From Candidatus Thorarchaeota archaeon (lineage in GTDB: Archaea > Asgardarchaeota > Thorarchaeia > Thorarchaeales > Thorarchaeaceae): a stretch of 12,037 nucleotides of DNA. Positions 1 to 6,809 of the stretch are shown here, one piece after another (positions within the stretch are counted from its first letter, which is position 1; every line of letters begins with the position of its first letter). The translations under genes and the position numbers were made by a program. The notes beneath the pieces were generated by a model. That model was not told the origin of the DNA, did no database searches, and was given only the letters and a program-made list of their open reading frames with translations. The DNA lies in assembly GCA_029858305.1 (NCBI GenBank), contig JAOUFI010000069.1, positions 1 through 12,037 of the forward strand. The letters run 5' to 3'.

Positions 1-528
1 GCACTGAATTTTAGATCGAACTCCACGGAGCATGAGTCTACATATCAATATCATTGGGACGCTCCTGGTACTCGAACAGATGTATTTGGAATACATATTG
101 ATTGGAATGAGCAGTATGGAGAAGCTTATAGTTATGGAACTGGAGTACTCACTGAATTATTGCTTGATAGAGGTATTGAAGACTTTTGCATCCAATGGAC
201 CGAGCTCGAACCCTTCGCAAACAATACTTGGACGCTTCGAATAGATTTCTTTGTAGGTATGATATTTGATGGAGAACTCTCGCTGCGAGGAGATAATCAA
301 TCAGCACATGTTGATGATTTTAGAACTACTGATACTCAATTTTCATCCGATCTTTTAGAGGGATTAGATGCTCTTGGTATCGAAGGACTTGAGATCTGGA
401 TGAATATCACGCTTAGAATAGCAGCTGGAGTCCTTAGAAATTGTTTTTGGGAGATATCGAATGATTTTGAAATAATGAACGACATAGAGATGCTCGCAAC
501 AGATATCGTGTTTGGGATGATCTCCTAA
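1..528 (+). CDS. Hypothetical protein, 5'-truncated by the window edge
   Basis: Frame +1 is open from base 1 (ALNFRSNSTEHESTYQYHWDAPG...) and runs through the listed 160..528 ORF to TAA at 526-528. The protein is acidic and I recognise no family. Confidence 0.75.
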   Translation, partial: ALNFRSNSTEHESTYQYHWDAPGTRTDVFGIHIDWNEQYGEAYSYGTGVLTELLLDRGIEDFCIQWTELEPFANNTWTLRIDFFVGMIFDGELSLRGDNQSAHVDDFRTTDTQFSSDLLEGLDALGIEGLEIWMNITLRIAAGVLRNCFWEISNDFEIMNDIEMLATDIVFGMIS

Positions 529-535
529 AAAGCAA

Positions 536-596
536 ACACGAAAACCCCGGTATCGGAGCGACCAAGAGCAGCGCCTAGGTACCGTTGAAGTAAAAG
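536..596 (+). repeat. Direct repeat copy 1 (61 bp), left boundary of the arsenosugar-type module
   Basis: ACACGAAAACCCCGGTATCGGAGCGACCAAGAGCAGCGCCTAGGTACCGTTGAAGTAAAAG aligns without gaps to 4053-4113 at 53/61 identity (manual count). Confidence 0.95.
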
Positions 597-675
597 CGTT
601 CCTCCTCTGTTCTCTCATGGGATTCTGGATAACAATCTAGTGTATATTAGAAGGACTTAGGTTCATCGGATAATT

Positions 676-1383
676 CTAACGTTCCAATTTCCTAGATGAA
701 TAATAGGCATTATAAATTTGGAAAGGGGATCCTCCCAAGGCATACCAAATTCGACAAAGCAAAAATTTCCCAGTATACCCCATTAATCCATGTTTTCGAT
801 AATTTTCAGCACTCGTTACAACCTTTTCTTTGAGTAAAACTACTTTGCCATATTTGCGCATACATTGTGCTAATCGCACATCTTCGAAGAGCGGAACTTC
901 AAGCACTGACAAACAACGTTTTAGAATATGAGAACGAACAAACATGGCACGGTCACCATAGAGTTCTCCTGATATTCGAATCCATTGATTAATCATCCAA
1001 GTACCCAAATCCAAGTACGGTTTAGGCGTGTCATAGGTCATGGAAAACCCTCCGCCAACCACCTGTGGGTCCTCCAATGCCGTAAGAATTGCTTGATCCC
1101 ATCCAATGGGAGGAATTGTATCAGAGTGCAATAACATAGTGGTTGTACCTGTGATGTTAGCGATTCCCTGAAGAAATGCAAACCCACGACCTTTTCGAGG
1201 AGCAACTACTACTAATTCATTGGAGCCTTGGGGTACAATATGATTGGCAAGTTTCGGATTGTTTATCACTACAATAAGTTGTGTAGGTCCGGTTGCCGAG
1301 GATAATGCCTTCCTGATTTGTGGTATTTTGTGATTTGTAGTATGTATGGGGGTAATGACAGAGATCAAGGGTGAACCTACCAT
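676..1383 (-). CDS. GT2-fold glycosyltransferase, TIGR04283-like (rSAM-associated / arsenosugar biosynthesis glycosyltransferase)
   Basis: Motifs LISVITP, LLHSDT (family LHADT), VGGGF, YGDRAMFV (YGDQ), PLFEDV (PLMEDV) and VVTSA. It lies near ArsS-like and TIGR04282-like genes. I placed the start at ATG 1383, which has a GTGGTG SD 6 nt upstream and is where the domain begins. The track start at 1512 overlaps the divergent gene. Confidence 0.82.
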   Translation of the reverse strand: MVGSPLISVITPIHTTNHKIPQIRKALSSATGPTQLIVVINNPKLANHIVPQGSNELVVVAPRKGRGFAFLQGIANITGTTTMLLHSDTIPPIGWDQAILTALEDPQVVGGGFSMTYDTPKPYLDLGTWMINQWIRISGELYGDRAMFVRSHILKRCLSVLEVPLFEDVRLAQCMRKYGKVVLLKEKVVTSAENYRKHGLMGYTGKFLLCRIWYALGGSPFQIYNAYYSSRKLER

Positions 1384-1505
1384 AACGTGCACCACATTAT
1401 ATAATTCAGACGGTGTTTTATCTCGAAAATGAATAAACATATTATTATCGCTACTATTCGTTGCTGTCAGGTTGATTTTGTCCATAAAAGAAAGGGGATA
1501 ATATT

Positions 1506-2261
1506 TTGACAAACGATACTACGCCTGATACAAGCATAACTGCATCGAATAAATATCAGATTGGTCCGGGATTAGGACTCTTGTTAATGGGAATAATGTA
1601 TCTAGTCTTTTGGATATTACCTTACACTATTGAATCCTTCATCGAGGATCCCCGATGGTCCCATAATTGGGTTTATTCATTGATAATTATTACAATAGGT
1701 GCGTCGTTCTACCAAAAAACCGTGGTTAGCAGAACTGTTGCAGTCATTCAAGCACTATTGATGCCACTCACCGCGAGTGGAGCGTTTAATACAACTTTGA
1801 TGACCTTAGTGGCGCTGTCAATCCTATCAGTATGGATTATCGTTGTATTGATTGAACATAGAAACAATTCCCCCCTTCTTAATAACCGAATAGCACAACG
1901 TACTCAGAATTGGGTGATAATGCATTCATTAATTGTCTGTTGGATGCTTATTGCACATATGGGATTGGTGTTTTTCTTTGGCCGGTTACCATTTGAATCT
2001 CAACTTGACACAATTGGTACAGGTCTAGGGGAAAGTCTTGGTTTCTTAATCAATCTTCCAATTGAACGCTATGACCTAGTTACATACGTGTTTGACATCA
2101 ACCTGATCATTCTAGCGGTCCTGTTTGGTTACGAGCAATTCAAGGTCGGATACAACCTAAAGAATAAACCTTGGCCGAAAATCAGTTTTAGATTTCTCTG
2201 GATCACAGTTACACTAGGCCTAGTACTACTCCCTTTCAGCCTCCAAGGTATCATCCCCTAA
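1506..2261 (+). CDS. Uncharacterised polytopic membrane protein (about 7 TM helices)
   Basis: 251-aa ORF with many hydrophobic segments. The TTG start is preceded by AAGGGG. Polar residues sit in or near the membrane (WSHNW, MHSLIVCWMLIAH, FDIN, YEQ). Confidence 0.8.
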   Translation: MTNDTTPDTSITASNKYQIGPGLGLLLMGIMYLVFWILPYTIESFIEDPRWSHNWVYSLIIITIGASFYQKTVVSRTVAVIQALLMPLTASGAFNTTLMTLVALSILSVWIIVVLIEHRNNSPLLNNRIAQRTQNWVIMHSLIVCWMLIAHMGLVFFFGRLPFESQLDTIGTGLGESLGFLINLPIERYDLVTYVFDINLIILAVLFGYEQFKVGYNLKNKPWPKISFRFLWITVTLGLVLLPFSLQGIIP

Positions 2262-2292
2262 AATAATCAATCCCATAGAGTCTTGCTACCAA

Positions 2293-2997
2293 TTACGAGA
2301 AAAGAATCTGCAAAAGCTTGGAATGACTGCGAAGATATTTCATAGTATGTAGAATCTTTGATGGCTGCAACTGACATGTTTCATAGAATTTCTGTAGATC
2401 ACTCTTGGTGTCGATATCCGCCCATTCCGGTAAAACATGGACCTGACTGGTTACTGATTCAATTCGTGATAGGGTTTCTCGAAACACCGTCGCTGTGCTC
2501 CAAGGTATGTCTTCAAAAACCTTGGAAATGAAGAGATCATGCGAAAATCCGATTAAATAATAGCCTCCATCAGATGCTGGTCCGATTACCACCTTATGTG
2601 TTTGGAGGCTAGATACTGCTTTCTGTAGAATCTCAATGGGAAGATCCGGGCTGTCACTTGCAAGAGCAATTACCTGTTGATACTCCTTTTTATACATCGT
2701 TGCAAAGCCATTTTGGAGACGTTGCCCAAGATCTACACCCTCTTGACCAAAAAACTGATGCGATGGTCCAAGCCATTGTGCAAACCGCTCCTGAGATGCC
2801 GGCGGATACACTGCAATGTGATAGGGAATATCAAGAGATTGCACAGTTTGGAGTGTGTCTTGAATAAATGCGCGATATAGGTCAATTGCAGCTTCTTCTC
2901 CAACAGATTGTGCGAGGCGCTCCTTGACCATTCCTAGCTCAGGATACTTCACCATGATGAATATCCCAGAACGAAATGGATTCCTAGTATTTTCCAT
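2293..2997 (-). CDS. TIGR04282/DUF2064-type glycosyltransferase-like protein (CofC-like; arsenosugar biosynthesis associated)
   Basis: Motifs VKYPELGMVKERL, QEGVDLGQRL, SDSPDLP, VIGPASDGGYYLIG, IPWST and DIDTKSDL. It lies directly downstream of the rSAM gene. ATG 2997 follows AAGGTG; the track's GTG 3003 abuts and overlaps that SD. Confidence 0.9.
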   Translation of the reverse strand: MENTRNPFRSGIFIMVKYPELGMVKERLAQSVGEEAAIDLYRAFIQDTLQTVQSLDIPYHIAVYPPASQERFAQWLGPSHQFFGQEGVDLGQRLQNGFATMYKKEYQQVIALASDSPDLPIEILQKAVSSLQTHKVVIGPASDGGYYLIGFSHDLFISKVFEDIPWSTATVFRETLSRIESVTSQVHVLPEWADIDTKSDLQKFYETCQLQPSKILHTMKYLRSHSKLLQILFS

Positions 2998-3023
2998 ATT
3001 CACACCTTATTCTCTCTATAACA

Positions 3024-3983
3024 TTACTCGAGGGCGCCTGCACATGAAGATCCATATCCAGCGGTGCAACCAAAACAGTGAGATCCAGTGACTATCTCGC
3101 GGTTTATGTGAGAAACGGAATCAAATTGATGGATATATTTTGGCGTAGTGATAACAGGAAGTTTAAGGGCGAAATTAAAATCGCAATCATAGATCAATCC
3201 ATCCCATCCAATACATATCTGATGGCGGCACATCAACTTCTCCAAGGTATCAGGATTGAAAGTGTTTTCGAGTAGTTGCTGATAGTGTACAACTTGCTGA
3301 TTAGCTTCCAACAATTGCTTAAATCGTCCAATCGGCATATTCGTGATGGTTAGCAGACGGTTAAAACGAATTCCCCATTCTGATGACAGTATTTCTTTGT
3401 AAGTGTCTTCTAACTCGGATTGGTTAGGAGGCAGAAAAGCGCCTTCCGGATTAAAGACCAGATCTAATTCTAACTCAGGATTTACTCCGTACTCAAGCGA
3501 GTTGAGTATTCCTAAGATGTGAAGACTCTTCTTGAATACGCCGTCTCCTCGTACCTGGTCCACATCAGCTTCTATGTAACATGGCAAAGATCCTACTAGT
3601 CGAATCCGAAGGTCTCTATACAGTTCCATCAGCCCTCTTAACTCAGGATCTAATAACACTGTGAGGTTTGTACGAACTTGAACTTTGTAAGATTTATCAA
3701 CCAATGCTTTAAGAAATCGAGGAAGGGAGGGGTTCAATTCAGGTGCCCCACCTGTGATATCTATGAGTTCTGGATTAACACACTCAGCGATCTTAAGGAC
3801 TTCTTCCATTAGCTCCCACTTCATAATATCCATGCTTGTGGGTGTGGCTTGTACATGACAATGGGTACAAAGATGATTGCATCGATTTCCCACATTTACC
3901 TGTAGCGTCCTATGAGTTAATCCTGAAAGTTTGGACCCTGTTTTGCCAAGTATGTGCTGAGTAAATGTATTCATTCTTTGCAC
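3024..3983 (-). CDS. arsS: Radical SAM / Cys-rich domain protein, TIGR04167/DUF3641 family (arsenosugar biosynthesis radical SAM, ArsS-like)
   Basis: TLQVNVGNRCNHLCTHCHV (CxxxCxxC), DITGGAPELNP, VRTNLT, SLPCY, LMCR...WDGLIYDCDFN and the C-terminal HCFGCTAGYGSSCAGAL signature. The start may be GTG 3983 or ATG 3974. Confidence 0.9.
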   Translation of the reverse strand: MQRMNTFTQHILGKTGSKLSGLTHRTLQVNVGNRCNHLCTHCHVQATPTSMDIMKWELMEEVLKIAECVNPELIDITGGAPELNPSLPRFLKALVDKSYKVQVRTNLTVLLDPELRGLMELYRDLRIRLVGSLPCYIEADVDQVRGDGVFKKSLHILGILNSLEYGVNPELELDLVFNPEGAFLPPNQSELEDTYKEILSSEWGIRFNRLLTITNMPIGRFKQLLEANQQVVHYQQLLENTFNPDTLEKLMCRHQICIGWDGLIYDCDFNFALKLPVITTPKYIHQFDSVSHINREIVTGSHCFGCTAGYGSSCAGALE

Positions 3984-4052
3984 TATATCTGATTGAAGAG
4001 TGCAAAGGAAATTAAAACTCTGTCTAATTCTCAGTTTCTAGCAAACAGTAAT

Positions 4053-4113
4053 ACACGGAAACCCGGGTATCGGAGCAACCAAGAGCAGTGCATATGTACA
4101 GCTGAAGTAAAAG
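4053..4113 (+). repeat. Direct repeat copy 2 (61 bp), right boundary of the arsenosugar-type module
   Basis: ACACGGAAACCCGGGTATCGGAGCAACCAAGAGCAGTGCATATGTACAGCTGAAGTAAAAG matches 536-596 with 8 mismatches. An AGCAAACA motif also occurs at the 5' side of both copies (531-538 and 4040-4047). Confidence 0.95.
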
Positions 4114-4201
4114 AAGAAGTATTATCTTTCTTTTTCGAAAGGGTGTTCAAGAGCCTCCCTGATTACAAAGAACGAGGCATGCATGTCCTAATCAACTGAC
4201 C

Positions 4202-4220
4202 AACATATGTTTATTATATC
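4202..4220 (+). promoter_or_regulatory. Candidate archaeal TATA box (TTTATTATA) with adjacent AACATATGTT palindrome
   Basis: TTTATTATA at 4210-4218 lies about 35 nt upstream of ATG 4251. A 10-bp palindrome occupies 4202-4211. Confidence 0.4.
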
Positions 4221-4250
4221 ATATTATTGTCTATCATAGCGTGAACCGTC

Positions 4251-4931
4251 ATGTGTTTAAAAAAACGGACTGTGTATATAGCAGCCATCATCGCGCTAAC
4301 AATGCTAACAGGTTTTGCCAATATTCCATCCGCTGCTGCGACAGTAGCAGAAGATATACAACTTGTTTATGACTATGATTCACAGATTCTAACGGTGAAC
4401 ATCTCACACTATGTTGCAAACACAAAGACTCACTATATTGAAGATATTGAGATTCATAAGAATGGTATCTCCATTCTGAACAGGTCCTATGCGAATCAAT
4501 CCTATAATTGGGGGATGTACGACATGTTCAATGTTCCAGCTGCTGTAGATGATAATCTTACAATTACTGGAATCTGCAATAAGGGATATTCACTCACTAG
4601 ATGGTTGATTGTTACATCTGCCATTGCAACAAATACCCCGCCTTCCAGTACAACATCAACCACAGAGCCAACCAATGGTGTCGATGTACCTGGAACATCG
4701 CTCGGCACAGGTCCAGCAATCGCGGCCGGAGCAGTGGTCATCATTTTCTTCGTCTTATTCTTTGCATGGCTCAAGCCTGAATATGTTCCGGACGTATTCA
4801 AGCAGCTAGGAGCACGAATAAGGAATGGAGTCACCTGGTTGGGAGAAAAGCTGAGAGACATGCTATCATGGTTAAAAGCTGGGCTCAGCAGCCTTGTTCA
4901 GCAAGGTGCAGCCAAGTTCGCTTCAAAATGA
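4251..4931 (+). CDS. Type I membrane/surface protein with superoxide reductase/desulfoferrodoxin-like beta domain
   Basis: N-terminal signal peptide (KKR plus hydrophobic stretch ending SAAA). Beta-rich domain LTVNISH...THYIEDIEI...ICNKG. Thr/Ser/Pro linker, TM helix AIAAGAVVIIFFVLFFAWL and an amphipathic cytoplasmic tail. Confidence 0.7.
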   Translation: MCLKKRTVYIAAIIALTMLTGFANIPSAAATVAEDIQLVYDYDSQILTVNISHYVANTKTHYIEDIEIHKNGISILNRSYANQSYNWGMYDMFNVPAAVDDNLTITGICNKGYSLTRWLIVTSAIATNTPPSSTTSTTEPTNGVDVPGTSLGTGPAIAAGAVVIIFFVLFFAWLKPEYVPDVFKQLGARIRNGVTWLGEKLRDMLSWLKAGLSSLVQQGAAKFASK

Positions 4932-4932
4932 T

Positions 4933-4989
4933 CTACTCTTTGTTTCCCTAGAATCATTCAGAAGTTGATTCTAAGAGCAAACAGAGTGG
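4933..4989. other. Imperfect 24-bp-arm inverted repeat just after the stop codon (possible 3'-UTR hairpin or terminator)
   Basis: Core TAGAATCA (4949-4956) / TGATTCTA (4966-4973) is a perfect inverted pair. Arms 4933-4956 and 4966-4989 give 17/24 Watson-Crick pairs plus two G-U pairs. Confidence 0.45.
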
Positions 4990-5085
4990 CGTTGAATCCC
5001 TAGAAAAACTCTCAAAAACTCCGAGAGAGTGAGTTATCATTAAGAATGGTGGTCATCCACACCGACTTATTATGAGGTGTTAAAA

Positions 5086-5874
5086 GTGACCGAAGTGTCT
5101 ATTGAGCTTGCAAAACCGATTGATGCTGAAAGATTAGCGGACATCTCGAAGAGAGCCTTTGATTCAGATGTTGAGGTCGGTGCTCCTGGAGAGGGAGGAC
5201 CGCCAGGATACGATTCTCCCGACCATCAAAGACGGATGATAGAAAATTCATCAAGTGATTATCTGAAGATCATGTATGATGGAAAGATTGTGGGGGGCAC
5301 CACAGCCTACAGAATCAGTGATACGCATCATGAGATTTTCAATGTCTTCATTGATCCAGACTATCATCGAAAAGGAATCGGAAGAGAGTCCTTTCGGCTG
5401 ATAATGGAGAGATATCCACAGGCAAAGAGATGGACTCTGGATACCCCTGAATGGAATACTAGAACAAAGGCATACTATGAGCACTTAGGTTTCAAGCAAT
5501 ATGGAATCTTCCGATGGGTTCCTACTTTTGATTTACGGGCATACGAGCTAGTCTTAGATTCAGAGTATAAGATTGAAACAACCAGAATTGCAGATGTAGC
5601 TGATGATAACCAGAGATACATCATCGAAGGTACTGTTGATAGCATATCTGAATCCCGAGAGGTGTTTTCAAAGAAGGAGAACAAGTATCATACTGTGGCA
5701 GAGGCTGTAGTGACCGATGATTCGGGATCAATGAAACTCGTACTATGGAATGAGATGATTCGACAGGTCAAGCAGAACGAACGAATTCGAGTTGAAACAG
5801 CATATGTTTCTACATTCAAAGGCGAGATGCAGCTTAATGTAAGCAAATTCGGGCGGATAGCTATTCTCCAGTAA
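5086..5874 (+). CDS. GNAT N-acetyltransferase fused to a C-terminal SSB/RPA-like OB-fold
   Basis: GNAT motifs GPPGYDS, FIDPDYHRKGIG and WNTRTKAYYEHLGF. The C-terminal ~100 aa (VAEAVVTDDSGSMKLVLWNE...VETAYVSTFKGEMQLNVSKFG) match the single-OB archaeal SSB pattern. The GAGGTG SD at 5074-5079 favours GTG 5086 as the start. Confidence 0.88.
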   Translation: MTEVSIELAKPIDAERLADISKRAFDSDVEVGAPGEGGPPGYDSPDHQRRMIENSSSDYLKIMYDGKIVGGTTAYRISDTHHEIFNVFIDPDYHRKGIGRESFRLIMERYPQAKRWTLDTPEWNTRTKAYYEHLGFKQYGIFRWVPTFDLRAYELVLDSEYKIETTRIADVADDNQRYIIEGTVDSISESREVFSKKENKYHTVAEAVVTDDSGSMKLVLWNEMIRQVKQNERIRVETAYVSTFKGEMQLNVSKFGRIAILQ

Positions 5875-5889
5875 TCCCCGGATTATTCG

Positions 5890-6219
5890 CTATCCAATCC
5901 TTACACATCCACGAATCTTCTGTGTGTCATCAAGAAGGCGAATTCTCGTTTCAGAAACCAATTGCTCAAAATCATCAAGAGGGATCGCAGAAGTGATACC
6001 ATCAGTCAGCATTCGGCTGTAACGTTGAGTGATGAATTCCTGTAACTCTCTAAAAGACCTAAGAGTTGCTCGAAGGTTTGAGTCGTCATCACAATCAAGG
6101 ATTTCAACTCTAGCATCAATCCCATTCTGTCTCAGTTTTTCAACCTCCTTAAGGGCAACTCGAATCTCATCTAGACCTGTCAACTCTGCCTTTGTGAGGT
6201 ACAAATCCTGATTTGGCAC
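5890..6219 (-). CDS. Hypothetical protein (109 aa)
   Basis: GTG start preceded by AGGATGA. Composition is charged and helical. It packs tightly with its neighbours. No family recognised. Confidence 0.7.
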   Translation of the reverse strand: MPNQDLYLTKAELTGLDEIRVALKEVEKLRQNGIDARVEILDCDDDSNLRATLRSFRELQEFITQRYSRMLTDGITSAIPLDDFEQLVSETRIRLLDDTQKIRGCVRIG

Positions 6220-6240
6220 GGTATCATCCTGATGTATTGA

Positions 6241-6717
6241 TCAAGTATGGCTATCTCTAGAAACCTGATAATCCATTATCTCGGGTGTTCCGAGCTGTGA
6301 TACTGGATTCTTTTCTTCTTTAGTAAGTAGTTTCATTGAGACATTCAAATCTTCAAAGAATAGAAAACCAAAGAGAAGATCACCAGATACAACAACTAGG
6401 ACCCATATTGATGCTTGTGCAATAATGAAATAGTACAGACCCATTACAAAGACCCATGTCTTCTCAAAGATGGCGATCTTGACAAGTCCATGGTTATCAG
6501 TTTGGCTTTTACTGATGAAGTAAAATCCAAGACCAAAGGCAAAGACAAGACCAAAGAAGGAGTCGAACCATAGTAGAGTTGGTGGAGGATTCATGGGACC
6601 TGCCAATGAGAAGTACGCAAGATCAATTCTTGGCAAAACAAGAAAACTAATCGACAGTACCCAGTTCCAGACAGCTGCTATAGTGTACATGTATTTGTGG
6701 TAAGTTTGTCGTTCCAA
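6241..6717 (-). CDS. Small 4-TM membrane protein of unknown function
   Basis: Four hydrophobic segments (AAVWNWVLSISFLVL; FFGLVFAFGLGFYFI; IAIFEKTWVFVMGLYYFII; WVLVVVSGDLLFGFLFF). The GGGTGA SD favours TTG 6717 over GTG 6726. Confidence 0.78.
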   Translation of the reverse strand: MERQTYHKYMYTIAAVWNWVLSISFLVLPRIDLAYFSLAGPMNPPPTLLWFDSFFGLVFAFGLGFYFISKSQTDNHGLVKIAIFEKTWVFVMGLYYFIIAQASIWVLVVVSGDLLFGFLFFEDLNVSMKLLTKEEKNPVSQLGTPEIMDYQVSRDSHT

Positions 6718-6809
6718 AGACTTCACCCTAGAGAGAGAATCCGTGACAATCCATCATATATCTACTAGGGAGAAACAGTGAGGGCAAAACCGATTGCAAA
6801 GTAGTAGAG

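Noticed and set aside
32-618. ORFs 32-244 (+) and 364-618 (-)
   Set aside because: Both overlap the longer frame +1 CDS that is open from base 1. No motifs recognised.
1384-1512. N-terminal 43-aa extension of the GT2 ORF given in the track
   Set aside because: It overlaps the divergent gene's start and covers an AT-rich promoter-like region (ATTATATAAT). Family similarity begins only after ATG 1383.
3024-3060. Possible selenocysteine in the rSAM C-terminal GSS(C/U) motif
   Set aside because: Some family members have Sec here, but this codon is TGT (Cys) and the ORF ends at TAA with no in-frame TGA.
536-4113. Repeats as CRISPR repeats or IS terminal inverted repeats
   Set aside because: There are only two copies, 3.5 kb apart, 61 bp long and in direct orientation. 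No spacer array, cas gene or transposase is present.
3993-4199. 68-aa ORF spanning repeat copy 2
   Set aside because: It has a TTG start without a clear SD, overlaps the probable arsS promoter region and has no recognisable domain. Most differences from copy 1 are non-synonymous in this frame.
4928-5003. SECIS-like element or TGA readthrough after the 4251-4931 gene
   Set aside because: A hairpin follows the TGA, but there is no convincing SECIS core geometry. The position is not a redox motif and the readthrough peptide is uninformative.
5004-5035. AAAAACTC tandem and ACTCTC/GAGAGT mini-hairpin; also TAATCC-CC-GGATTA at 5872-5885
   Set aside because: Too short to distinguish from chance.
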